This document shows, piece after piece, positions 44,612 through 58,300 of a DNA stretch of 64,000 bases; position 1 is the stretch's first letter; every line of letters starts with the position of its first letter. The position numbers and the translations under genes were made by a program. The stretch is from a virus, in IMG/VR virus record IMGVR_UViG_3300035180_001820, positions 3,268 to 67,267 of that record. One strand, written 5' to 3'. The notes under the pieces were generated by a model. It saw only the letters and a list, made by a program, of their open reading frames with translations. It had not been told where the DNA came from and searched no databases.

Positions 44612-47600
44612 TTTTTAGATTCCTTAATTAAAATTGATATACAAATATAACTATAATTTCTTAGACTGTCAATGGAGTTTGAAACTAAATCTCAATAACC
44701 ATCATAATAATGTCTATTATAATAATCGATGATAGGTTTTAGATTTTTGACCATTTTCTTTAATTCAAGTTCTGTAAAAGTGGCATTTATTATCCATAAA
44801 TGTTCTTTATTTTCGGTGAGTATAATCTCGGCATTTTCAACTTCTAATGCATCTAAGATCTTATTTTTTTGACGTTGGTTTAACACATACCTTAAACCGT
44901 CATTTTTTGTTAAAGAAACTAATTTGTATTTTGTTACTTCACCTTCATGTTCAGGTGTAAAATAGGTAATCAGATTATCAGGTAAAACACTAGTTAATGC
45001 AACAATTCCTTCATTTGCAATTGACTCTATTTTATTCAGTTTATTTATTTTCATATTATCCAATCCATTAAAAATTTTGATATACAAATATAACCATAAT
45101 CTAGCTAAATGTCAATAGAGTTCAAATGGCTTATTTTAAGTGATTTTAAGTAGTCTTAAAATATGTAAAATTAAGATAGCAAATTTATGGTTATTATCTG
45201 ATTTATCAATAAGTAACATTCTATGTCTTAACATTTTTAACATTGATAATTTTGTCATTACAAAATACTTACCATTACAAAATTTAAAAGATGTTGATGT
45301 TACACAACTATGTTCATTACTTTGTAATAATAATTCCGTTACGACTGAATTTGTACATAATAATGGAAGTCCCTTAAATCCAGTATCATATACATATTCA
45401 CAATTTGAACATAATAAGTTACACATTATAATCTTACCAAATTATATAATGATACATTTTTTATAATTATTTCCGCGGTGTATTTTGAACATAACCTATA
45501 AGTATCATATGATTCATTATATGATAATTTGTTTACAAATACTTCTTGTGTTTCATAAAGGTTAGCTAGCTTTGTTAATTTGGAATATTCAATTGTATTA
45601 AAATTCAAACCAACAACGGTAAAGATATCATAATTACCATCACCTCTTATAAAAAGTTTAATATCTTCGGCTGAATATAATTCGGATCTTTTTTCATTAC
45701 CTGATGTTTGTAAGATGTGATTTATTTTAAGAACCGTCATTAATTTTGTAAATTTAGTTTCTCTTAAATCACAATTTGGTAATAGCTCTACTGGGTTAGT
45801 ACTATTCATTATCTTTTACTTACTTTTAATGTATCATTAATAACAGGTTTAGGACCAACTGGTTCGTAAATATAATAACCGCCAATAATAACAGGAACTA
45901 TAATCGTTTCAGAAAAAACGATTGCACAAACAAGCCCAGGTGTTGAAATTTTATATTTCACATCCGATTGTTTTTCTTCATCTGCATTAAATAAACCATA
46001 ATTGTTAACTACCCGACCGTTTATAATTTTCTCAGGCTGTTTATCAACATAAACAAACATTAATATTGCTAATATTAAAAAACCTACAACATATCTCTTT
46101 AACTTCATTATTTACTCATTTCTTTTATTATTTGACAAAATAAACCAATAGTGAATATCCTAATTACATATCCAACTATTTTATAAAATTGTTTTTTATT
46201 CATGATAAAAACCATGCTATGATTCCACCGATAATTAATCCGATAAATGTTGCATGCGTCATCCTATCGGTTTTTAACATATACCAAAAGTGACTATTCA
46301 TTTAACCAATCTCTCATATAAAATGTTTTTATATCCAAACTAATATATTCAATACCTCTTGAATGATAATGCATTATTTCGACAGATGTTCCATTTAATT
46401 TTTTAGTAAGATCCAATGCGGCTTGAACTGCAATGATATCATATACTGGAATATGAATATCAATATGATCTTTAGCAGGAATGACATCTAAAATTTTACA
46501 TTCCAAAATCCCTTGAGCATCTTTAATTACAGCTTCAATTCTTTTCATAATATTAACCTTTACTTCTTAAACAATAAAAAGATCCGATGATACAAATTAA
46601 CATCCAACCTATAATAAAAAATTTCATTTCATTTGGTATCATTGAAGATATCTCCAATAAAATTGTTCTCTACCAACAGGTACATTACCATCAGGATAAA
46701 ATCTATCCCACCCTGGGCAAATGTCATTCAATTTCAATGAATTATATTTTGCTTTTATTTGTGGGTCTTTAGCATGCTTAAGTTGATTCAGTAACTCTTC
46801 TCGAGTATAAATTTCAACTATATGCACATCACCAATGAAACTATATTTAATTAAATTTTCATCAATTATTTCATAGTCACCAGTTTCATCCAAATAAAGT
46901 AAGTGGATAACAGCTGCCATTTTTTTATTCATTTTATTTGCAATACAGTTCATTCATATGTTCCGGTTTATCAATTAAAACACCGTAGCCAATTATAGGC
47001 CACCAAGGACATCCTGATTTTTTAAGATTAACTTTATACCAATTTTTTTGATGTGGTGAATGCTTTTGGTAAATAAGTAAAGTATCATCATCGATATTAA
47101 CTCCGACAATATACCCTTCCAGATAACCGCTCTCAACCGCAAATGTTACATTAGGTGTAAAATAAACAGGAATATCTTTACCAAGTAATGGAACATAGTC
47201 CATAATATCTTTAGGTTCCATTATCCCAACTTCACAATGGTTTTTTCTTCAATCTTTTTAGCGATAGAATCAACTCTTTCATCAAAGATGATGCCGATAG
47301 CCTGTCTAATTTTTGATTTAGTAATTTGGCAAGTTGCATCCATATGACCATCAGGCCATCTGTAAAAATTGACAACTTTAAATTCGATATCTTCAGTTTT
47401 ATCTAAAAAACTATCAAACATACCTACCATTTTTTCGGCTTCTACGTTTGGGTCAATTTTCTTTTTCTTAACTAACATGTGAATTATTTCCTTATTAAAT
47501 CTACAATACAAATTTAACTAAAATCGTTTAGACTGTCAATAGAGTTTACAATTAAAAATCAGAAGTATCTGAATTTTCATCATATTCATATTCATTTCCA

Positions 47601-50600
47601 GCGCTCCATTTAGCTTCACCATAACTCCAAAAAACAACATACATTTCAAATGTTGTTAAATTATGTTCAAGTTCAAACTCAGCAAATGTTGACATTGTAT
47701 CATCTAAATCACCTTTACCATTTTCAACACACTTATTAAATAGATCTTTACCAAGTGATATTAAAAAATCTTTTCTATCTCTATCCATTTTTTCCGTTTC
47801 ATTAAAAATTTTGATATACAAATATAACTAGAATCTAGCTAAATGTCAATAGAGTTCTAACTATCATATTTTAAGTGTTTTTGGGTGGTCTTATTTTGAT
47901 GTATTTTAAGTGGTGTTTTAGATGCATTTTAATGCATAAATATTGAGGTTAGTTTGTATTTTATCGGTAGGTTAATTAAACTCCCACTAGACTCTTCCAA
48001 TGGGATATTTTATTCTATAGTTTTAATATATTTTAAGAATCCACAATTTGGACAATATGTAAACTCATTAAACATAATTGGATATAATTTACCACATTCG
48101 GTTTCGAATGATTCAGCAGTTCCACCTTTGAAAATCATAACCCAATTGCAAAACAAATTATCATATTGTTTTATTGCTTCTATAAAATCATATTTATCAA
48201 TTACATAACTATCAGATTCCTGACTCCAAGATGAATGTATTGTCCATATAGAATCTAATTCTTTTTTAACATCCTTCATTTTTTTATATCCTCTATATAT
48301 CCTTCATTTTTAAAGTCCCTATATTTGGATTCAACAAATTTAATCAATTTACCACAATGTTTACAATACTTATCATTCCTAGTTGGTGATTCATAATTAT
48401 GATCTAATATATTTTTACTAAATTCTGGACACGATGGCTTAAATGAATAACTCGAACCTTGCCACCATTTTAGTTTTCTCCAATACCAAACACATTCGGT
48501 TACTCCAGTATTTAACATATTAATGGATTCCAAATGTACAAGTAATTCATAATATGATTTAGCCTGAATATGTTGAATGTCATAATCATTAGGATCTGTA
48601 TATGAATGATTAATTGCCCAATTCATATATGATGTACCAATGTTCTTAAAACCTTTTAAACATTTAATTTGTAATTCTGTTAACTTTGGAATGTTTATTT
48701 TACCCATTTTCATACCCATCATTATATCCTATCATTGCTGCAACATTTGTAATACTAATCATTGTTTGGTACATTAAACTTTGAGCTTCATCAGGTGTTA
48801 ATTTATGTTTATTCAATATGTTATTATATATTGAAAGAAATTGTTTTTCATCAGCACATCTTGAATATTCAGATTCATCATCACCATTACCACATAACGT
48901 ATATGCTAAATCATTAGCTAGCTCATATTTTAATTCATCAGTCATCATATTTTTGTTTCACATTGTCTATATTCAGGTTTCAATGATTTTTGTTTTTTAA
49001 CAAGTAAAGCATTATTACTTAATGGTAAAATTTTTGGATTTGGTTCTCCAAGTTCACCATCAATTTCAGATACTTTAAGAAAGGCTAAAAGACTTAAAGA
49101 TGCCTTTGCATATTTAATATGCATAGAATCTTCAACCTTAGCCCCAATTCTCCAAAGATTATCATCTAATAAGTTATTAAATATTGTTTTAGCATGAACT
49201 TCCTTTTTCATATGCGGTATGACAATCTCAATAAGATGAAATACTCCATATGCAAATAATTCGGCCGGTTTATAATCTATCAATCCACAATAATCGGCTT
49301 GTAATTTTGCAATATCTGTTATGATATTATCTTCTTTATAATGACCTTTAGCATACAAATAAAAATGCCTATGTTCATTAAGCATATTAATAATTCCTTA
49401 TATTTAATTTTTCTTCATCTGGTAATTTTAATGATTGCTGAAGAAATTCTTCATCCTTAATTGCGGTTATTAAACATGCTGTTGAATAAACTTCTTCATA
49501 TGTTTCACATACATTAAAAATATTTTTAATAGCAGATGTCAATATTTTAACGGCTTCCTTTTTACCATCTTCGGTTAACTTCATTTCTTTTCTCCAAGTT
49601 CTATAAAATTACCACATGTACATAATGGATGATGATGTGGCCTATATGCATTTTTAATATTTAATTTTAGATATTCTCTATCTTTATCAACACCATAAGT
49701 TTCAGTTTCATAATCATAATCATATATATGAGGGTTCATATAAATATCATATTTACCATACTCTGGTTTTTCATCCATTCCTTGGTATGGCCATTTACAT
49801 ACACGATGTTTATACCAAGCTTGATCTTTTCTAAATCTAAGAAATGTAATTTCTGGTGACTTAATAAAATATCCAATAAAGTACTTATCACCAATTTGTA
49901 CATTGGTAATTACTACAACATTTGTTAGCAAATCATTACCATCACCAATGAAATTATTTTCTTTAAAATGTCTATCAAAATTTTCGACATCTAATTTATT
50001 AAAACCATTTGCTGACATTATCATTTATACTTATCCGATATTTTATATTTATAACCTACTTCGACTTGAACTATACTTACAGTCCCGCCATCATTTTTAT
50101 ATCTAAGTAACTTTTGGTGAAAGTCTACCAATTGTTTAATTGGTTCATCTATGATTTCAAATAATTTTGGGCAACCATCCTCTTTAGCTAAAAACCACAT
50201 ATGATTATCGGGTTCAACTAAAACACCAAATGATATAGTCCATTCAGATCTTGTATTTTTATTTTCATTATTTATTTTCATAATACAATTTAACTATAAT
50301 ATATTAGAATGTCAATTGAGATTTTTTAATCTTTGTTATTTTACCGATAGGTAATCCATCACCACCAACCCAATCATCCCATAATGATTTAAGTGTAACA
50401 ATATCTAATTTATTTGGATTTGATGTGTCATAAATTAAAACATATAAACATTTTTTCTTAGCAGTGTACACTATACGATTAACTTTATAGATTTTAATAT
50501 TTGGATCATCTCTTTTAATAAACAATCCACCAAAATCTGAATATGATTGTAATTCATCTGCTTTAAATTTTCTACCAGTAATTATTACTTGTTCCAATAT

Positions 50601-50766
50601 ATGTTATGCACTTCCGTTTTTATAGTTTCTATATCTGATTTTAATTTTTCAATTTCTTCAAATAAAATTTTATCACGTTCGGCGGCCTTTAGTAACATTC
50701 GTAATATTATATCAATTTCTTCTTGTAATATTACAACTTCACCTGCCACATCCTCAATCTTAATCA

Positions 50767-53586
50767 TTAAATTTTTACTTTCTTTGACTTTGTCATTCTA
50801 TTTCTAAGTTCAGTTGTCAATACACCAAAATTATTGTATGTTGAAATAACATTCTTCTCACCATATACAGTTGAGAATTGTAAAGGTGCATCTCCAATCA
50901 TAAGACAGATTGTTTCAATTCCAACATGCTGTAATTTAGTAAGCGATGTTTTAATATGTTCATATGCAGCTTCTCCGTTATACATCATTCTACCAACTTG
51001 TGTATAAGGACCACCATCACAGATGTTTAAGAAGTATGATTCTTTTCCACGACCATTAGCAATTATTTCTTTTGAGATGGCGTCATAGCAAAGGCTTTCA
51101 GGGGTGCAACCTGCAGGTATAAGATATTTCCAATTGTTAACTGCTGAAGATAATTTATTTTTATTTGAATCATAAATTACATAAAGGTTAGTCATATATT
51201 CTTTACCCATATCAGTTTCACCTCTTACATCGATAACAACGTGAGTATGAGTTTGTTCGTATGTTGATGCAATGATTGCTGCAATCTGTAATGATTTTTT
51301 GAATCTTGTCATATACATACGTTCTTCACCTCTGAAGATATTGTTATCGCTCATTGAACCGCTACCATCAATTGAAATATGTACATATGATTTATTATAT
51401 GCGGTTTCAATATGCTCTAAGAAAATTTTACGATTTCCAAATGATGCAAACTCTGACAGTAACTCTTCATCAATATCACCAGTATCTTTTCTTAAAGATT
51501 CCTCAATAGTGATATCATTTCTGAATGCCATCTTACTTGCATACATCTTACCGATTTGTATTGCTTGTTTATAAAGTATAACATCTTCTTCATTAGGATA
51601 TCTTGTGACGTTACCAGTTGTATTAATATCTAAAGCTTTAGAATTATTTATAAGTGATTCTAAATCTCTATAAACAATTGAAGGAATAACTTTATTATTA
51701 AATGTAGTTGACTGGACCGATCCGCTATTGATAACGGTGTTAATAACACTTGCATCATTCTTTGACTCAAATTTTTGTTTTTTGAATCCATTGCTTAATG
51801 CATCAACTAATTCATCTGAATATGTATCTCTTAAATCAGAATCGGCTGATGAATTTGATTCTCTTTCATTGGCTTCATTAATAGCATCAATTTCATCTTC
51901 GGAAATTTCATCTGATGTATCTTTAGTATGAGTATATTCTTCATCTTCAGAATCTACGTTACCAAAGTCACCTTTAAGAGTTGATTCTGAATCATCATGT
52001 TCAAGTTCAGGACTGTCTTCATCAGATTCATTATCTTCAGAATCAGGTTTGGTTTTATTGGTTGTACCTTCAGCATCAGAATCTTCAGCTTCATTAGCAT
52101 CTGCTTTTGAACCATCATCTTCATCTTTAGAATCTTCAGTTTTTTCGGCTTTTTCTTTAGGTGATTTTTCTGATTTTTCTTTTGATTCTGATTCGCCTTT
52201 ACTATCACCAGTTTCTGATTCTTTAGTATCATCACCATTTTTATCAGGTACCGATGGTGTAGGTACAGATCTCTTAATAGGCATTTGCTTATTTTGAAAA
52301 ACCAATTCCTGAACTACTTCAAAAACTTTAAGTGTTTTTTCAAAAGCAGCAACCATTGAATCTTTTGTAATATTATCTAAGTCAATAATTTTTGAAATTT
52401 CTTTTAATCCGATTAATGCATTTGCATTAAAATATTTTGTATGAATCATCATAATATGAGACATATAATTTGAAAAAGATTCCGTTCTTTTTTCAGGTAA
52501 AAGTAAAGCAGCTCCTCTTTCAGGATAATCAAAATATCTTTTATTTATTGCGTCATAATAAGGAACATACCCAGTTGCATCCGCTTTAGTTAATGCATCA
52601 ATTCTTCTATCTTCAATATAATTGAATAATGGAAAAATGAAATTACTAAATAGTGTAGTTGAATTAACTCTTGCTTTTGAATTGGAGTTAACTTTTAATG
52701 CATATACATTATACATCTCAATAAATTTTAATGTCTGATATAATCCTGTCATAATTGACTTAGTGATATCATACATATTAGGATCTGTTTTTCGTTGACC
52801 CAACTTCTGCATAACATCTCTTAATGAACGTATTATGTTTGTTTTGAAGTCTCCGCGGTCAAAAGAATAAATTTCATTGAAACAACCTGCTGCATCCAAT
52901 TTATTAAAAATATTAATAGGTAATATATGATAGAAAAAACTATCAGAATCATTTATACCTAGATTCCAACCTTTAGGTTGATTTAATGTTGATTCCAAAA
53001 CATCTGATAAAATCTCATTATATTTTTCATAAGAAACAAATGGAACAATAGTTCCAAATTGCGAAAATTTTGAACCTAAATACATTGTGTTGTAAGTTAA
53101 TCCATTAACCATATCTCTAACAGCAGTAAGTGCATACATATCAGTGTACACAATATGTGAAGCTTCATGTAAAGCCAAACCAATGTTAATGTCAAAGTTG
53201 GAAATGTCAGTTGAGAGGATAATAAATTCACCATCTGTTGCACTATCAGGACCTGCATATTTTACAGGTATATTCTTTTTAGTAAGAATGCTGATAAAAT
53301 TTTTAGCAACTGTAGCAAACTCATAATATTTTGAGATTGTGCGTTCTTTTTCAGAACCTGCATTTAATGCACGGTTCGATATCATCATTTGCTTAACATT
53401 TTCATCAAGCCAAAATGATGATGCCGGTGAGTTTTCAATTTGTTTTGTAAGTTCGGATTCAATACCCTTAATGACCTGTTTAGTAACCTTTGTAACTTTA
53501 GTTGTTTTACCTAAAGTTGACGGAGTCGATGATCCTGATGATCTTCTTCCACCTGATCTGCGATGTCTGCTTCTTGGATATGCCAT
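50767..53586 (-). CDS. vWA-domain protein (CobT-like) with HExxH segment and acidic linker
   Basis: ALHEASH, FNYIEDRRID, long D/E/S/K linker, MIDAS IDGSGSM, TPE, ICDGGP. Confidence 0.85.
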   Translation of the reverse strand: MAYPRSRHRRSGGRRSSGSSTPSTLGKTTKVTKVTKQVIKGIESELTKQIENSPASSFWLDENVKQMMISNRALNAGSEKERTISKYYEFATVAKNFISILTKKNIPVKYAGPDSATDGEFIILSTDISNFDINIGLALHEASHIVYTDMYALTAVRDMVNGLTYNTMYLGSKFSQFGTIVPFVSYEKYNEILSDVLESTLNQPKGWNLGINDSDSFFYHILPINIFNKLDAAGCFNEIYSFDRGDFKTNIIRSLRDVMQKLGQRKTDPNMYDITKSIMTGLYQTLKFIEMYNVYALKVNSNSKARVNSTTLFSNFIFPLFNYIEDRRIDALTKADATGYVPYYDAINKRYFDYPERGAALLLPEKRTESFSNYMSHIMMIHTKYFNANALIGLKEISKIIDLDNITKDSMVAAFEKTLKVFEVVQELVFQNKQMPIKRSVPTPSVPDKNGDDTKESETGDSKGESESKEKSEKSPKEKAEKTEDSKDEDDGSKADANEAEDSDAEGTTNKTKPDSEDNESDEDSPELEHDDSESTLKGDFGNVDSEDEEYTHTKDTSDEISEDEIDAINEANERESNSSADSDLRDTYSDELVDALSNGFKKQKFESKNDASVINTVINSGSVQSTTFNNKVIPSIVYRDLESLINNSKALDINTTGNVTRYPNEEDVILYKQAIQIGKMYASKMAFRNDITIEESLRKDTGDIDEELLSEFASFGNRKIFLEHIETAYNKSYVHISIDGSGSMSDNNIFRGEERMYMTRFKKSLQIAAIIASTYEQTHTHVVIDVRGETDMGKEYMTNLYVIYDSNKNKLSSAVNNWKYLIPAGCTPESLCYDAISKEIIANGRGKESYFLNICDGGPYTQVGRMMYNGEAAYEHIKTSLTKLQHVGIETICLMIGDAPLQFSTVYGEKNVISTYNNFGVLTTELRNRMTKSKKVKI

Positions 53587-53831
53587 TTGTTATTGTCCGT
53601 AATTAATAAATTTGATATACAAATATAACTACAATTTCATAGACTGTCAATAGAGTTTATAAATATTTGTAAATTGACACTATTTAAGTAGCCATCATAT
53701 TTTGATGTATTTTATGACTCTTTAGAAGGGTCTAGTGGGAGTTAAAATGATAGGCTGATAGTTTATATAGCCTTAAAATTAAGCTTATTTTGAAGCTTTA
53801 TACCGACTGTATCAAAATGATACAAAACGAC

Positions 53832-53851
53832 AATAGGACCGAAGTCCTATT
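53832..53851 (-). terminator. Terminator-like hairpin
   Basis: Minus strand AATAGGAC-TTCG-GTCCTATT (cUUCGg loop) downstream of ORF 53889..54137. Confidence 0.7.
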
Positions 53852-54143
53852 TGCCGCTGTAAATTTGAGTAAGGAAATACTCAAAATCCTAAATATCAAA
53901 AAATCCTTTCTCATATGATATTCTTCGATGTTCTTTTACTATATCGGAAGTTGCTTTTGATAACACTTTAACAACGAATAGTTTATCATATCCATATTTA
54001 ACTAAAAAATTATATATAACTTTATCATAATGAAATATATTTCCACTCATATATGCATTATATAATTTCTTACTTTCTTCATCCAATATTTCCTGTTGGA
54101 CGTATACTAATTCTTTATTCTTTTTTTCTTTTTTCATTTTTTA

Positions 54144-55394
54144 TTATCTTGGTTTTTGAATCATCTGTTTAACAAGTACTCTTTCCGATGCTTGACCACC
54201 GTCATAAGAATAAAGACCTTCAATAACCAGCGCACATGCTTCTTCATATGTAAAACCATCAGTAAGATATTTACCAAGTTCAATAAGCTTTCTTGTTGAG
54301 ACGGCTTGACTTAAAATTGAATTACCTGACATAACCTGAAGTCTAATGTCAATGATAAGAGTAACCACTTTTTCAATTAGTGGTTTTGTTATAGCAGGAA
54401 ACATTTCTTGCATTAAATCAATAAGATCTTCTTTGGAAATATTATCAACTTCAATTTTAGTAAATCTATCAATAACCGCAGTGTCCATTATTGATGTACC
54501 TGTATACTCCATACCAATGTTAGCCGTTGCGATAAAACATACTCCTTGAGCTAATTTAACTGTGTGATTTTCATGTTCACTTGAGTTGATTGAAATTTCC
54601 CGAATATTTTCATCGAGCAATGGCATCAATAAGTTTGCGGCATCTCGTGAAGCTCTGGAAAATTCATCTAACAAAATAATGCTATTGGGTATTTGAATAG
54701 CTCTGATAAAATCAGATTCTAAGAAATATGTTCCACCGTCAGCCGCATGTGTCTTACCAAGAATTGTAGTGTTTGCATCTCGGCTATTACCAAGATCCAA
54801 TTTGAAGAATGGCCTATCTAATACCTCTTTCAAAACATAAGCTAACATTGTCTTACCTTCACCCTTAGGACCGGTGATCATAATATTCTCACCACGGATT
54901 ACCGCGCGGACCGCAGCCTTCCACTTAAGTTCTGAAATTTTATAATAACTTGGTTTAATTGTATAAGACTGATGGATGAATTGAACTTTCTCAAATTCAT
55001 CAGTAAAAACAGTGTCGGCCTTATTGATACCTTCAAGAAGTTGGAGAATAGTTTTTGTGGCTTGATGCCGCATACCGATAGTTGCCATTCTTCGTGTTGA
55101 AGCAACCTTTGGTGTAGTTGCAGTAAGCTCTTTTACTACAGGAGTAAATCCACTTCGAATGCTCTTCTTAAGTCTAGCTGATTCAGGATCTCCTGCTTTA
55201 TAAATAAGTTCGAACTCGAACCCTTTATTATAACCGTATGAGATCTGAGACTTGTGTAAAAAATCGGTTACATCAAATTCAGTACCATCTGCACTTGTGA
55301 TGACTGCTTGTTTTGAAGTTTTGCATATGATAATTGAATTACCTGCTGAGTTCGCAGCCTCAATTAGGCGCAATTTATTTGTGATAGTAGCCAA
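54144..55394 (-). CDS. MoxR/CbbQ/NirQ-type AAA+ ATPase
   Basis: GPKGEGKT, ILLDEFSRA, FIATANIGMEYTGT, DTAVIDRF, STR sensor; partner vWA gene nearby. Confidence 0.9.
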   Translation of the reverse strand: MATITNKLRLIEAANSAGNSIIICKTSKQAVITSADGTEFDVTDFLHKSQISYGYNKGFEFELIYKAGDPESARLKKSIRSGFTPVVKELTATTPKVASTRRMATIGMRHQATKTILQLLEGINKADTVFTDEFEKVQFIHQSYTIKPSYYKISELKWKAAVRAVIRGENIMITGPKGEGKTMLAYVLKEVLDRPFFKLDLGNSRDANTTILGKTHAADGGTYFLESDFIRAIQIPNSIILLDEFSRASRDAANLLMPLLDENIREISINSSEHENHTVKLAQGVCFIATANIGMEYTGTSIMDTAVIDRFTKIEVDNISKEDLIDLMQEMFPAITKPLIEKVVTLIIDIRLQVMSGNSILSQAVSTRKLIELGKYLTDGFTYEEACALVIEGLYSYDGGQASERVLVKQMIQKPR

Positions 55395-58300
55395 TGAATT
55401 ATTTCCTTATTAAATTTACAATAGTAATATAACTATAAAATCTTAAACTGTCAATAGAGTTTGAAAAATTATTTTGAAAGAAGAGCTTTAACTTTTTTGT
55501 TTCTTGCTCTGGTGCGGGCACCTTTACAACGTCCCCATTTTTCACCTTCCATAAATTTCCAGTTTGCATACATAAAAAGAAGATCTTTAACTTCGCTTAC
55601 TGTCAGATTATGTTCTTTTTCAAACTCCGTAAGTTTATCATGATAACTACGTACGCAGTGTACATCTTCTGATTTGTGTAAAAGTTCTGCTAAATGTAAT
55701 ACCAATTTCCGTCTATCTAAGTTATTCAATTTTCTGTTCCATTAAAAATTTTGATATACAAATATAACTATAAATCTGACACAAGTCAATAGAGTTTAGA
55801 AAACATTATGATAGCTTAAAATACATCAAAATAAGACTGTATCAAAATGAGACAGATTTACTTAATTTTTGTAATAAATGAACAATTGATTTTTTTAAGA
55901 TCATTCTTAAAACCATCTTTATTAAATCGAAGCTTCTTCATATAATATCCTGAAGTGTCACCGAAAGTATCATTAAAATGAAACTCAACAATTACCATGT
56001 ATACATATGCATACTTACATATTTCAATGACTTCACCAATAGACCCATTAAAAACATTTTCATCATCATCAAGATAACTCGAACTTGCTCGAGTATACTC
56101 TACCTTATCACCAACTTTAAATTTTGTACAAATTTCTTGAGGCATAATTATTTTTTCTTTACAATTAAAACAAATGCAATAACCAATATAAAACATCCAC
56201 CAAATAATAACATTATTAATGTCATATCTTCAATAAGATTATTAAATAACCTAATCCATAAATTATTATATGTTATAATTCCAATTAATAATAAAGGAAT
56301 AAAAATTTTAGCAACATTAAAAAAATCTTTGAAATTAAACCAACTAATCATATGTAACATATTCAACTTCTTCTTCTGTAAATTCTCTTTGGTCTTTACA
56401 ACTATCACAATACCAAAAATATCTGGTTTGTATAGGTTCTTTAGATAAATTTATAAACATAAACTCATCCAAATCAACATCAACTTTAGTGTTAATTTCT
56501 TGAGTAATTACAGTAGTCATTTTATGACCACATTCAATACAGATGTTTGTAGGTTCTATCATTCTAATCCTTTATAACAATTTTCTTTATAATATTCAGT
56601 AACTATATTTAACATCTCATTAAAATTAAATTCAACAGTATCACTATTTACATCAAGGAATCCAGTACCCCTACGAATTTGTACAAATTTAATTGCATTT
56701 TCAAATACAGTAGGAGAATCATATTCTATATCTTTTATAAAACATATACTCCCATAGATATCTGAACAAAATATAGCAACTTCAATTTCACTAAAAACAA
56801 TTTCAGTATCATATTTACCATTATAATACTGACTAATAAACCTACAAATTTTATTTTCAATATATAATTCTTTATTCAATTATCTTAACTCCAATTGTAT
56901 GTACCTTACCTTTGTTAGGTCCACTTACAAAATAAAAATTAACATCTTGCCAACGTCCCCAATAATTACCTTCACATACAATATAAACGGATTTATCTAA
57001 AAGATTAATACCTTCAATTGTACCTTTAAGATATCCATCTTCAAAATTATAAAATGGTTTAAACCAAACTGGTATATCAGTACCAATAAGCGGTATCAAT
57101 GTTTTAATATCTGTACCTTCAATAGGTAACATAATTTCTTTATTCATCTTTCTTTCCTTTAACTCTTCCAGTTACTCCGCGCCATACTTCATCAATACCT
57201 AACGGAACTGTAAATTCTTTAACCACTTTAAATGGTAATCCACACATCGGACAAAAATTATACAACTCTCTCATATTAGATCTGTTTGAAACTAATCCAT
57301 TTCCACAACGTGTATACCAATTAGTATCATCACATCCAACGAAATGTTTTAGAGGCCTATAAACAACTTCACAAACTTTTTTAGTTTTCATTTTTACTCT
57401 TAATTAATTCTAATCTACTTTCAGATATCCAAAAATCATATTTTCCAAAACTGTTTGAATATTGAACCCAAGGTTCACCAAAGCATGCTTTTACTATGAT
57501 ACCTTTTACAACAAATTCATCAAACGGATATGCTTTTTCGCCATGTCCATTTATATTTTCTACGATACGAAGGGTATCACCAAGGTTATATTTTGTTTCT
57601 AAAATCATATTATTTTTTTATTATCCATTTAATAGCAGGAATTAAACAAAGACCAAAAGTCAAATAAACAATGGCTATAGCTAATATACTTTCTAAAAAT
57701 GTATTCATATTAATACTTTAAAAATAAATTTCCATTGAAATATTTCTCAGATGGTTTTATAATAAAAATATCAAAAACATAACTTTCAACTTTAGCATAA
57801 TCACGGGTGTTATATAATTTCAAAACATCCATTATTTTACCATCTAAAAAATCAACAACAGCTGATAATGTTTCTGAATAAAAAGTAAGTTTACCATCAT
57901 ATGACTGTTTTGCATATACAGGTTTTAATGGATAGTTATTAATAATTAAATTTATAATTTCAATTACTTTATCATTACTTAATGTTGTATTAGCTATATT
58001 ACATAATCCAAACTGATAACGATCCGTCCTTGACTTTAAAAATAAAATCCTAGCATCCATATAATCATGCTTTAAATCAACCATTAAAAACTCTCAATCG
58101 GACGAACCCAATGAAAGATATGCCATTCTAAATCACACATATCATAATCACCTTCAGGAACATATCCTGTTTGACCTCTAACAAAATCCCAAACATATTC
58201 AATATCTTTATTGTTTGGTTCTTCATCAAAATACTCAAAATAAAAATCAGCAACTATATTAACAATCTCCCTTTCAGAAAACTCAGAACAATCAACATAC

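Noticed and set aside
44692-47821. Shared N-terminus MYIKIFN in ORFs 44692..45087 and 47552..47821 (and MYCRFN in 47221..47511) as a protein motif
   Set aside because: It is the translation of the promoter repeat from a TTG inside the -10 region; true starts are downstream.
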